Assembly (NCBI GenBank): GCA_965209085.1
Contig: OZ242376.1
Location: 416,001 to 480,000 of the forward strand
Origin: Nitrosopumilaceae archaeon
GTDB lineage: Archaea; Thermoproteota; Nitrososphaeria; Nitrososphaerales; Nitrosopumilaceae
Direction of reading: 5' to 3'
Length of the DNA stretch: 64,000 nt
Under the pieces are notes generated by a model, which saw nothing but the letters and a program-made list of their open reading frames with translations, was not told the DNA's origin and did not search any database. Shown here in pieces: positions 1 through 8,964 of this stretch. Every line of letters begins with the position of its first letter. Position 1 is the stretch's first letter. Made by a program: the position numbers and the translations under genes.

Positions 1-636
1 GAGCTGACCTATAGTAATAAATCCCATGGATTTGAGTTTCACTTCTGTTTTTCCACCGATGCCTGGTATGTCTCGAATTTTTAATGGTTCGAGAAATGCT
101 GAAACATTTTCAGGTCGAACAACCGTCAATCCGTCTGGTTTTTTAAAATCAGATGCTATTTTTGATATTAATTTATTTGGAGTTACACCAACGGAACATG
201 TGAGCTTTGTACCTTCACGTATGGCGTTTTTAATTTGCTGCCCAATATGTGATGCATGATCAAAATTTTCTTTACTTTTTACGGTGACATCTAGATATGC
301 TTCATCTCTTCCTACATATTCAAAAATATCTGCATGTTTACTCATTATATCCATAGCTTTTTGCGACATGTCTGAATAATAATCAAAATCTGTTGGTAAA
401 AATACCGATTCAGGAATGGATTCAAGCTTTCTTTTTGCAATTGTTATGGGCATGCCTGCCTTTACACCATAATTTCTTGCCGTATAATTCGCAGTAGCTA
501 TGGCCCCACTATCTCCCCCTCGATCTGAGAATACACACACAGCTACCGGAACGGTTCGTAGTTGCGGTTTGCGTATTTCTTCACATTGGGCATAAAAATA
601 ATCAAAATCAGCATGAATTATGACGCGTTTTTTCAT
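1..636 (-). CDS. dinB: DNA polymerase IV (DinB/Dpo4, Y-family), 3' part runs off the window
   Basis: Manual translation from ATG at 636: MKKRVIIHADFDYFYAQCEE...IATANYTARNYGVKAGMP...EYVGRDEAYLDVT (Y-family motifs). Not in the ORF track because it is truncated. Confidence 0.92.
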   Translation of the reverse strand, partial: MKKRVIIHADFDYFYAQCEEIRKPQLRTVPVAVCVFSDRGGDSGAIATANYTARNYGVKAGMPITIAKRKLESIPESVFLPTDFDYYSDMSQKAMDIMSKHADIFEYVGRDEAYLDVTVKSKENFDHASHIGQQIKNAIREGTKLTCSVGVTPNKLISKIASDFKKPDGLTVVRPENVSAFLEPLKIRDIPGIGGKTEVKLKSMGFITIGQL

Positions 637-677
637 GATTTCGATACGCTAAAATGTAATAAAAATTTCACTATATT

Positions 678-929
678 ATGTCTGCACCAGTAGAACTCAA
701 AGATGGTGGAATATGTATTAGACCGGAAAAAATGGAAAAAGAAAAATTATACCACTGTATAATGGGTTCAAAAATAATGCTTATATATAAAGACAGCCAA
801 GATATGTTCAACTGTTACGAATTGGATGACCCTGATCTAGTTAAAACCATTCAAAAATGCACTAATGATGAGCAGATAGAGGCATCACTACGTGAATTTG
901 CCAACATTTCTGACCTAAATACTAAATAA
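678..929 (+). CDS. Hypothetical protein (83 aa)
   Basis: Clean ATG-TAA ORF filling the gap between dinB and the Alba-domain gene. Confidence 0.7.
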   Translation: MSAPVELKDGGICIRPEKMEKEKLYHCIMGSKIMLIYKDSQDMFNCYELDDPDLVKTIQKCTNDEQIEASLREFANISDLNTK

Positions 930-955
930 TAGGTATATTGATGATTAATCATAAC

Positions 956-2497
956 ATGTCAGACAAAGCATATACGGATGCAGAAGATATCTTACAAGAA
1001 ATTCAGGACAAAAATAAAGCCAAAATGAATCCTAATTCTGACGATTCGTCTAAAAATGATCAATTATCACAAACATCCCTGGGAGGCTCATGTGGTTGCT
1101 CCCACGAAGAACCTGAACCAACGTCCAAAACAAAAAGCAAAGGCTCATGTGGTTGCTCCAACGAAGAACCATCCTCCGGTCATGAACATTCATCAGCATC
1201 ATTAATCCAACCTGAACCAACGTCCAAAACAAAAAGCAAAGGCTCATGTGGTTGCTCCAACGAAGAACCATCCTCTGGTCATGAACATTCATCAGCATCA
1301 TTAATCCAACCTGAACCAACGTCCAAAACAAAAAGCAAAGGCTCATGTGGTTGCTCCAACAAAGAACCATCCTCCGGTCATGAACATTCATCAGCATCAT
1401 TAATCCAACCTGAACCAACGTCCAAAACAAAAAGCAAAGGCTCATGTGGTTGCTCCAACAAAGAACCATCCTCCGGTCATGAACATTCATCAGCATCATT
1501 AATCCAACCTGAACATTCATCAGCATCATTAATCCAACCTGAACCAACGTCCAAAACAAAAAGCAAAGGCTCATGTGGTTGCTCCAACAAAGAACCATCC
1601 TCCGGTCATGAACATTCATCAGCATCATTAATCCAACCTGAACATTCATCAGCATCATTAATCCAACCTGAACATTCATCAGCATCATTAATCCAACCTG
1701 AACCAACGTCCAAAACAAAAAGCAAAGGCTCATGTGGTTGCTCCAACAAAGAACCATCCTCCGGTCATGAACATTCATCAGCATCATTAATCCAACCTGA
1801 ACATTCATCAGCATCATTAATCCAACCTGAACATTCATCAGCATCATTAATCCAACCTGAACCAACGTCCAAAACAAAAAGCAAAGGCTCATGTGGTTGC
1901 TCCAACAAAGAACCATCCTCCGGTCATGAACATTCATCAGCATCATTAATCCAACCTGAACCAACGTCCAAAACAAAAAGCAAAGGCTCATGTGGTTGCT
2001 CCAACAAAGAACCATCCTCCAGTCATGAACATTCATCAGCATCATTAATCCAACCTGAACCAATGTCCAAAACAAAAAGCAAAGGCTCATGTGGTTGCTC
2101 CAACGAAGGATCCCATGAGGATGTACCACTTTCATTATCAAAACCGGAACAAATGTTGGAAAATAATACTGAACAAAAAACAACCCAAAAAAATTCTGAA
2201 ACTAAATCTGAAAAATCTGTTCTGTCAAGTGAACATGATGTAATATTCATTGGTGATAAACCTCTCATGACTTATGTGACACATACGCTTACACAGCTTG
2301 CGATACGATCCACTGTAACATTAAAGGCACGAGGTAGAAAAATAACACACGCTGCAGATGTTTCACAAATGATTGAAAAACGTATGGGTTCAGTAGGATA
2401 CAAAGTAATGGATGTTCGAATATCGTCTGATTTACTCACACATGAAGGTAAAGAGCGCAAAGTTCCAACAATCGAAATAGATCTGTCAAAAAATTAA
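956..2497 (+). CDS. Alba (Sac10b) domain nucleic-acid-binding protein with long Cys/His/Ser-rich repetitive N-terminal extension
   Basis: C-terminal ~87 aa IFIGDKPLMTYV...VTLKARGRKITHAADV...RKVPTIEIDL match Alba motifs (IGxKP, KARG, IEI). ATG at 956 preferred over TTG at 938. Confidence 0.85.
   Translation: MSDKAYTDAEDILQEIQDKNKAKMNPNSDDSSKNDQLSQTSLGGSCGCSHEEPEPTSKTKSKGSCGCSNEEPSSGHEHSSASLIQPEPTSKTKSKGSCGCSNEEPSSGHEHSSASLIQPEPTSKTKSKGSCGCSNKEPSSGHEHSSASLIQPEPTSKTKSKGSCGCSNKEPSSGHEHSSASLIQPEHSSASLIQPEPTSKTKSKGSCGCSNKEPSSGHEHSSASLIQPEHSSASLIQPEHSSASLIQPEPTSKTKSKGSCGCSNKEPSSGHEHSSASLIQPEHSSASLIQPEHSSASLIQPEPTSKTKSKGSCGCSNKEPSSGHEHSSASLIQPEPTSKTKSKGSCGCSNKEPSSSHEHSSASLIQPEPMSKTKSKGSCGCSNEGSHEDVPLSLSKPEQMLENNTEQKTTQKNSETKSEKSVLSSEHDVIFIGDKPLMTYVTHTLTQLAIRSTVTLKARGRKITHAADVSQMIEKRMGSVGYKVMDVRISSDLLTHEGKERKVPTIEIDLSKN
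1085..2107 (+). repeat. In-frame hierarchical tandem repeat: 99-bp unit containing a variable-copy 30-bp sub-unit
   Basis: GAACCAA(C/T)GTCCAAAACAAAAAGCAAAGGCTCATGTGGTTGCTCC starts at 1115, 1214, 1313, 1412, 1541, 1700, 1859, 1958 and 2057 (steps of 99, 129 or 159). The sub-unit is GAACATTCATCAGCATCATTAATCCAACCT. Confidence 0.97.
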
Positions 2498-2607
2498 TTC
2501 CGTAATACGTCACATTGCTTTATCCTGTAAAATAGTACAAGTTCACGTCGTCAATAATTTATACGAAAAATTAAGATCTAAATACAAAATAATCTCGAGT
2601 ACCGTAC

Positions 2608-3234
2608 TCACGTAAAATATGTCATTGCGTCTGCAACAAACATTATTCCAAAATACACCAATATTATGGACGTTCCAATCATAATCATTTTGTATATCTT
2701 ATTTGTAATAAATTTGGAAGCTTTGCCAGACATACCCCCAACAAACATCATCCATGCATAATCCATCCATATATGTAATGCAAACATGGCTGATATGCCG
2801 ATCAACCCCCATTGATTTGCATCCGTGATTAGCTTTAATCCTATGGTTCCCCACCACAAAATAAACAACGGATTTAAGAAACTGAGTAGCATTCCTGTAA
2901 TTAATGGACTATTCCCAAAAATACGTTCTTTGATGGAATAGCACATAACTGATTTCATCTGTATTGCTACAAAAACAAACAAACCAATGGCACCTACAAT
3001 TGTAATACCTGCCCTAAACCATAATGTTCCGTCAATAACTATGATGCCGAGTCCAAACGCTACAACAATTGGTATTTCAACAATTGTGTGGCCTACTGCC
3101 ATTTTAAATCCAGACTTCATGCCACCTTTTATGCCGTGTGCAATATTGGCTACGAATAATGGTCCTGGAGACATGACGCCAGTAACCGATATTATCATAA
3201 CCATAACGGCAAATATGAAAAAATCTTCGTACAT
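2608..3234 (-). CDS. LysE family translocator
   Basis: SPGP near the N-terminus, LNP motif, about 6 hydrophobic segments, 208 aa. Confidence 0.85.
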   Translation of the reverse strand: MYEDFFIFAVMVMIISVTGVMSPGPLFVANIAHGIKGGMKSGFKMAVGHTIVEIPIVVAFGLGIIVIDGTLWFRAGITIVGAIGLFVFVAIQMKSVMCYSIKERIFGNSPLITGMLLSFLNPLFILWWGTIGLKLITDANQWGLIGISAMFALHIWMDYAWMMFVGGMSGKASKFITNKIYKMIMIGTSIILVYFGIMFVADAMTYFT

Positions 3235-3321
3235 GTTTTAGTTAAAACTAAACCGCATTTAGACTATGCGGGTAAAATGGTACAAATTGTACTGGTATTT
3301 AAAAAAGGAAAATGACGTTGA

Positions 3322-3465
3322 TTAGATTTTTCCTATTCTGAACATTTTTGTACTGCAGGTGCCGCAAGTTCCCTTGACGGCTGGTCTGCCATTTTTGAGA
3401 GTTGTTGGTGTTGCTCCTTCTATTTCTCTCTTGCTTCTGCATTTTACACAGTATCCTGTGGTCAT
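3322..3465 (-). CDS. Small basic zinc-ribbon protein (DUF5679 / Cren7-like), 47 aa
   Basis: Manual translation MTTGYCVKCRSKREIEGATPTTLKNGRPAVKGTCGTCSTKMFRIGKI*; two CxxC pairs; followed by a T-rich tract. Below the ORF-track cutoff. Confidence 0.85.
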   Translation of the reverse strand: MTTGYCVKCRSKREIEGATPTTLKNGRPAVKGTCGTCSTKMFRIGKI

Positions 3466-3586
3466 GCTCTATATTGTAATCAACTAATATTATCAGTATG
3501 TGGTAAAAATGATTTTACAATTAAGTGTCACTTCGATCACATTTTTGATCTAAAAATCTGTAAAAATTATAACCTAGTATGAATAT

Positions 3587-4864
3587 GTGCCTGATATGAA
3601 CGTAAAATTACACCGAATGATGAGTACTTTTGGACCCGGAATAATGTTTGCTAGCACGGCAATAGGTGTTTCACATCTTGTCCAATCCACTAGGGCCGGA
3701 GCCGAATTTGGATTCGGTTTGGTGGCTATTGTACTTTTAGCCAACGTCTTAAAATATCCGTTTTTTGAATTTAGCTCGCGATATGCAAATGCAACAGGTA
3801 CTAGTCTAATAGACGGATACAAAAAACTTGGCCGTTGGGCACTTGGTCTGTACTTTGCCATAACAATTGCATCGATGTTTTTTGTCACTGCTGCAGTGGG
3901 GCTGGTTACCGCTGGATTTATGGAAAATTTGTTTGGCGTAACAACACTTGGCATATGGGGGATAGCTGTATTATTTGCAGTCTGTAGCATTATACTGATC
4001 ATAGGCCGATATACCGTACTTGACAGTCTCATAAAGATAATCGCCACTGTAATACTGGTTTCCACGGTACTTGCATTCGCTTTGGCCGTATATTCTGGAC
4101 CTGCAGAACATGCAGATGGATTTATGGCACCTGAAATTTGGAGTGGTACAACACTGTTTTTCGTTATAGCTCTTATGGGATGGATGCCGATACCAATTGA
4201 CGTTTCTGCATGGCACGGACTGTGGACTCTGGAACGAATAAGACAGACCAAATTCAAACCGTCTTTAAAAGAAACATTATTTGATTTTAATATTGGATAC
4301 TTAATTGTGGCGTCACTCTCTGTATTGTTTTTGATTCTTGGAACGTATATTTTTTACGGTACTGGAAATGATCTGCCTGCAAGCAGTGGTTTGTTTGCAC
4401 ATAAAGTAGTTCAAATTTACACCGAAACTATAGGCGGATGGTCTGAGCTAATCATATCGATATCTGCATTTAGCGTAATGTTTGGAACCATAATAGCAGT
4501 ATTTGATGGATATACTAGATCAATTACAAGGATAAGTGATCTTTTGATGTCAAAACCCAAACCAATCTCAAAACCTTCGTGGAGAAAATACGTTTCAATC
4601 ATGTCGATTTTAGCTGTCACTTCGTTTGTTGTGCTGATGCAATTTGGCGATAAAATCAAGGAATTGGTGGATTTTGCCACCACCATATCGTTTGTAATAG
4701 CTCCAGTTGTGGCTTATTTTAACATCAAACTTGTTTCTGCAAAATATGTGGGCACCGATGCAGTACCTCCCGCGTGGTTGCGGGCATTAAGCTATGCCGG
4801 ATTGATATTTTTATCTGGATTTGCAGTTGTTTTCATAATAGTATACATCCCAACGATCATTTAG
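3587..4864 (+). CDS. NRAMP/APC-superfamily divalent metal cation transporter
   Basis: FGPGIMFASTAIGVSHLVQSTRAGAEFG N-terminal signature; about 11 TM segments. Confidence 0.75.
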   Translation: MPDMNVKLHRMMSTFGPGIMFASTAIGVSHLVQSTRAGAEFGFGLVAIVLLANVLKYPFFEFSSRYANATGTSLIDGYKKLGRWALGLYFAITIASMFFVTAAVGLVTAGFMENLFGVTTLGIWGIAVLFAVCSIILIIGRYTVLDSLIKIIATVILVSTVLAFALAVYSGPAEHADGFMAPEIWSGTTLFFVIALMGWMPIPIDVSAWHGLWTLERIRQTKFKPSLKETLFDFNIGYLIVASLSVLFLILGTYIFYGTGNDLPASSGLFAHKVVQIYTETIGGWSELIISISAFSVMFGTIIAVFDGYTRSITRISDLLMSKPKPISKPSWRKYVSIMSILAVTSFVVLMQFGDKIKELVDFATTISFVIAPVVAYFNIKLVSAKYVGTDAVPPAWLRALSYAGLIFLSGFAVVFIIVYIPTII

Positions 4865-4958
4865 ATTAAATCTTGTGCATAATCATTCAAATCAATTATT
4901 TTTATTCATAAAAATCGTTCTCATTGTACAGGGGTCCGCACCATATGCATACGGTCTG

Positions 4959-6257
4959 TTATAATTTTGTCCTATAATAGTCCCATTTTTCCGGATCAAA
5001 TTTTTCTATAAATTCAGTATCCTCCAAGTTTCTAATGCGCATGTCCACTACATCTCGATGGGCAAAGCTTGTCAGATATGCATAATTTTTTGAATGTGAT
5101 TGCATAGCAAACATGTGCCGCATTTCACTTCCGCCGTGCATGCCCCAGTATCCCATCTTGATTGCAAAAGATTCGAGAAAAACGGTGTTGCTTTTTCCAT
5201 AATTTTTATCATTTGTCATGGGTTCCACATCGTACATCTCAAGCGGTCCACCCTTTGCATATCCTATGATCTTGCCGTCGGATTTGCCATATCGTAACGT
5301 GGTAAGTATGGTGCTCTCATCCGTAAGCGTACTCTTGAAACGTTCTCTATCAAGCTGTAGCGGTCCTGGAAGCTCGTTGTACAGATTTTCTAATTTGTTT
5401 ACAAAATTTACCTCTGAACGTAAATGGGGTTTTTCTATTACGGGAATTAGTTTAAGATCGCCGTCCAAGTATTTTGCCATGGTATGGATCTCTTTTTGAC
5501 GCAATTTCATAAAGGATGTAATGTTGTCCAACAGATTATCCCGCATGACTTTTGGCATCTGACGTACAATCCTGTTGAACATTGCCGATTCGTTACCAAT
5601 CATTCTTTCAAAATATTCCACGGTTCTTCGAACCGTATTTGCTGGATGCCATCCCAATGCATGGGAATTTTTCTTTGCCAGTTCCATGCCTTTTGTAAAA
5701 CCTCCAAGTGAATATCCTGATACCCTGTCGATCATTGACAAAAACCATCCTTTCTCAAATAACTCATTGCGATTATATCCTTCTGGCATGCACGCTTCTA
5801 TGGCACGAGTGGCATCCGCTGCAATATTCCCTTCCCACGGGTATGAAGTTCTAAGTATCAGTGCCTTTATTATTCCTGAAGAAAGACCTGTACTGGAAAT
5901 ATATTTTTGTAGCGTATCATCATTTGATATAAATTTGACAACTTCCTGTTCCTGTGGTTTGTCATTGTCTTTCTGAGGTTCAAAATCGTGCAGCAACGCA
6001 GCAACATAAAGATATCTCATGTCTTCTGTAGTAATTTTTGGATCCGTAGACGATACAAGCATCGATACATAGGTTACTTCCAGCTCGTGCATAATGTTGT
6101 GATATCCGTAATATTCGGTACCAAGACCTTTTTCTTCAAATAACTTTACAACATAATTTAACATATCAAGATAAGGATGATCGGGCATGCCGTTCTTTTT
6201 GATCATATCCTCTATATTGCAGCGCAATTTTTTGGGATTTGAAGGCAGATCCAACAT
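4959..6257 (-). CDS. HD-domain phosphohydrolase with C-terminal GNAT-like domain
   Basis: YHNIMHE...ALLHD...D metal-binding pattern; the C-terminal IIGYAKGG...VFLESFAIKMGYWGMHGG segment resembles the GNAT acetyl-CoA motif A region. Confidence 0.65.
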   Translation of the reverse strand: MLDLPSNPKKLRCNIEDMIKKNGMPDHPYLDMLNYVVKLFEEKGLGTEYYGYHNIMHELEVTYVSMLVSSTDPKITTEDMRYLYVAALLHDFEPQKDNDKPQEQEVVKFISNDDTLQKYISSTGLSSGIIKALILRTSYPWEGNIAADATRAIEACMPEGYNRNELFEKGWFLSMIDRVSGYSLGGFTKGMELAKKNSHALGWHPANTVRRTVEYFERMIGNESAMFNRIVRQMPKVMRDNLLDNITSFMKLRQKEIHTMAKYLDGDLKLIPVIEKPHLRSEVNFVNKLENLYNELPGPLQLDRERFKSTLTDESTILTTLRYGKSDGKIIGYAKGGPLEMYDVEPMTNDKNYGKSNTVFLESFAIKMGYWGMHGGSEMRHMFAMQSHSKNYAYLTSFAHRDVVDMRIRNLEDTEFIEKFDPEKWDYYRTKL

Positions 6258-6294
6258 TAAGACAACTCAAAACCGCTTTAAAACTGATACGGCA

Positions 6295-6924
6295 TTACCA
6301 GTCAGGCTCACTTGTCATGACCGGCATGTCTTTTATTATTTCAAAACCCATGATTTTGAGTGTTTCTACAGCATGTGGATTTCTTTCAAATATCTTTTTT
6401 GCCAGATCCTCTCTCTTGTCCGTATTCACATTTTGGCCAATCTTGTACTTGCCCCGTATCTGATTTGGAATTATTTTTATGACTGAAACATGTGATAAAA
6501 CATCATCCGTATCTGTGATTTTTTCATATCCTCCTTCCGGCTGATATTTTTCCATGAGTCCGTTTAATGCCATTGCCGATTCTGTTTTATCTGTCACAAA
6601 TGATGCATTACCCTTTATGACCACGCTTATGTATAGAGTATCTGCAAATGAAGCGTCTTTTGGATTCTCAAAATACGAAGGCAAAAATTCCAATTCACGA
6701 TCTGTTTCAAAACCCACTTTGGAATTTTGTGTAATGTTGCTTATTTTTTCACCGCGTATGTGGGAATGCATATAGATAAACCCGTCAATATGGACAAAAT
6801 TCATGGGTATGATCTGTGGAAATCCGTCTTTGCCAATCGACGCAATTCTACCTGTGTGCTCTTCATGAAGAAACTTTGCAATTTTTTGCGGTGATTTTAT
6901 CTCCAATTTGCCCCCAAGCTGCAT
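6295..6924 (-). CDS. Pyridoxamine 5'-phosphate oxidase-like flavin-binding protein (NimA-like)
   Basis: GRIAS...PQIIPMNFV...IYMHS..GEK...NSKVGFE...YISVVIKG pattern. Confidence 0.8.
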   Translation of the reverse strand: MQLGGKLEIKSPQKIAKFLHEEHTGRIASIGKDGFPQIIPMNFVHIDGFIYMHSHIRGEKISNITQNSKVGFETDRELEFLPSYFENPKDASFADTLYISVVIKGNASFVTDKTESAMALNGLMEKYQPEGGYEKITDTDDVLSHVSVIKIIPNQIRGKYKIGQNVNTDKREDLAKKIFERNPHAVETLKIMGFEIIKDMPVMTSEPDW

Positions 6925-7010
6925 GTTGTATCTTTCCAAACTACGTATAAAATCTATTTGATATTATTCTTACAGTTAGACACATATCTGACACATATTG
7001 AAAATATTCC

Positions 7011-7328
7011 ATGGGATTGAATGATGCGATTGCCAAACTGAAAAAAAATATTGCAGCATCTGCACGCATAGGAGACTGTGATTTTGATCTTGATTCTGTA
7101 CGCATATGGCGCGGCCGGGACGATCAATGGCGTCTAAGCGGATCGGTACAGTCAAAATCAATTCTTGATTTGGCGGGAAAATCGATGCTTGGTCCTAACC
7201 GTGATTCTGCCGATGTAACAATAACGGCAACTGCAGGAGAAATCCAAGAAACACTGCATGCAAATCTTACTTCCAGCATGGAAACTGATTCTGTGGTGGA
7301 GATTACATTTACTCTGCTTGAATATTAA
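7011..7328 (+). CDS. Hypothetical protein (105 aa)
   Basis: ATG-TAA ORF filling the gap, with a 4-bp convergent overlap with the next gene. Confidence 0.6.
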   Translation: MGLNDAIAKLKKNIAASARIGDCDFDLDSVRIWRGRDDQWRLSGSVQSKSILDLAGKSMLGPNRDSADVTITATAGEIQETLHANLTSSMETDSVVEITFTLLEY

Positions 7329-7846
7329 CTGCCATCTAGATATTCGTCGTATTCTTTGCGTAACAATTTGTTGGACAACACCTCGTAAGCCCGGTTTATC
7401 ATCACCATGCGTGCAGAATCCTTGTCAATATTTTTGTCCGGGTGGGATTTTTTTGCAAGTTCACGGTATTTTGATTTTATCTCGTCCATGGTGGAATTTT
7501 TTTTCACACCCAGTATGTTGTAATATTCTTCATCCTTGGATATTTTGTACCTGTGTTTCTTTTGCCTGTTTTCCCTCCACCCCCAGTCGTCGTTCCATTC
7601 GGAATGGTATTTTTCATAATCGCGGTTTTTCTGTGAATCCAGTTTGCTGGCATCGTATCGATTCTTACGATGCAGTATGGCATCACGTGAAATGTAGATG
7701 ACCAAAGCCACCATAGCTGCCACAAATGATCCAAAAATGATGATCAAGTCCCGAGTTTGTAGCACGGGAATTTGATCTTCTGCATACGCATCTGATATTG
7801 AAAATAAAAATATGCATACACTAGCAACTAGCACCAAACGATTCAT
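7325..7846 (-). CDS. Membrane-anchored J-domain (DnaJ) protein
   Basis: Signal peptide and TM helix, then YYNILGV...IKSKYRELAKKSHPDKN...INRAYEVL (HPD motif). Confidence 0.85.
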   Translation of the reverse strand: MNRLVLVASVCIFLFSISDAYAEDQIPVLQTRDLIIIFGSFVAAMVALVIYISRDAILHRKNRYDASKLDSQKNRDYEKYHSEWNDDWGWRENRQKKHRYKISKDEEYYNILGVKKNSTMDEIKSKYRELAKKSHPDKNIDKDSARMVMINRAYEVLSNKLLRKEYDEYLDGS

Positions 7847-7943
7847 CTTACATTCGTACATTATGTGGGGATTGTACAAACCAAGTTTTAAACCATGTAT
7901 ATGCGGGGGTTATCTTTAAAACATATCCAAGTCGTATAATGGC

Positions 7944-8168
7944 ATGAATTCAGACGATCTATATTCAAAGGGCATGCATCTATTGGAAGAGAGACAATTC
8001 CAGAACGCATTATCCCATTTTGAACAGGCGTTGATTGAAAACCCAAATAATCCTGATATGTTAAACGGCAAAGGTGCAGCTTTGCGGAGTTTGGGCAGAT
8101 ACAATGAGGCGTTGGAATGTTTTAACAAGTCTCTGCAGATTGATCCGAGGGATAAACAAGCGTCATAA
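7944..8168 (+). CDS. Small TPR protein
   Basis: Two TPR units (ALSHFEQALIENPNN; GAALRSLGRYNEALECFNKSLQIDP). Confidence 0.85.
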   Translation: MNSDDLYSKGMHLLEERQFQNALSHFEQALIENPNNPDMLNGKGAALRSLGRYNEALECFNKSLQIDPRDKQAS

Positions 8169-8214
8169 CTGCAAACCAATCGATACGCTAATTTGTACCG
8201 TATTCGTATGACAT

Positions 8215-8730
8215 ATGTTGAGAGACGATGTGCGAATTGAAAAACTGACCGCAAAGGCGGCAGAACTTGCCGAAGAAGAACATTATGATGAATCACTATT
8301 AGTATATGATGAGGCATTAAAAATATCCAAAGGAAATGTGAAGATTATGGCTGACAAAGCTCTGACACTTGTATCTGCAGAAAGGGAAAAAGAATCTATA
8401 TCATTGTACAAACTTGTACTAGAATCTGCTCCAAAAAATCCCGACATTCTTGTAAACGCCGGATCTGCATTTCACTCATTTGGAAAATACAACAAGGCAG
8501 TTGAAATGTACAAACGTGCTCTTGACATTAGTCCTAGACATGCTGCGGCACTTGCAAACTCTGGATGTGCACATGCGGAAATGGGGCACAATGACGAAGC
8601 GATGAATTTTCTTGATGCGGCCGTCAAGGCAGACGGTGATTTTGCAGAAATGCGTGATAACGTGTGTACAAAATTGCAAGAATTGAAAAAAACACTAAAA
8701 CCTAGCACAAATATTGCTAAAAAACTGTAA
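8215..8730 (+). CDS. TPR protein
   Basis: About 4 TPR units (e.g. GSAFHSFGKYNKAVEMYKRALDISP). Confidence 0.8.
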   Translation: MLRDDVRIEKLTAKAAELAEEEHYDESLLVYDEALKISKGNVKIMADKALTLVSAEREKESISLYKLVLESAPKNPDILVNAGSAFHSFGKYNKAVEMYKRALDISPRHAAALANSGCAHAEMGHNDEAMNFLDAAVKADGDFAEMRDNVCTKLQELKKTLKPSTNIAKKL

Positions 8731-8875
8731 CATCGCCCGGTGCCGAACCGTGTTCCTGTACTGAATCCTGGACTGAACCGTGATCGTTTTTCTGATGTTC
8801 ACGAAGTTTTTCAATATTTGTAAAATCTTTTGCACACATGTAACATTTGGGCCTATCTTCGTTTGTCAGCGGCAT
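8717..8875 (-). CDS. Small C2H2 zinc-finger protein, 52 aa
   Basis: Manual translation MPLTNEDRPKCYMCAKDFTNIEKLREHQKNDHGSVQDSVQEHGSAPGDVTVF*; Cx2Cx3Fx5Lx2Hx4H consensus. Confidence 0.75.
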   Translation of the reverse strand: MPLTNEDRPKCYMCAKDFTNIEKLREHQKNDHGSVQDSVQEHGSAPGDVTVF

Positions 8876-8964
8876 AACCATACGATATTGCATTAACCGT
8901 GATAAATAATCCTTGTCAAAAAGGTGTTGTTAGTTATATATTTGCATACAGAAAATGATAATTC

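Noticed and set aside
1085-2107. Possible CRISPR array
   Set aside because: The sequence between repeats is itself repeated (no unique spacers), all units are in frame inside a CDS, and no cas genes are present.
1050-2183. 377-aa minus-strand ORF
   Set aside because: Antisense shadow of the tandem repeat; the plus strand carries the Alba domain.
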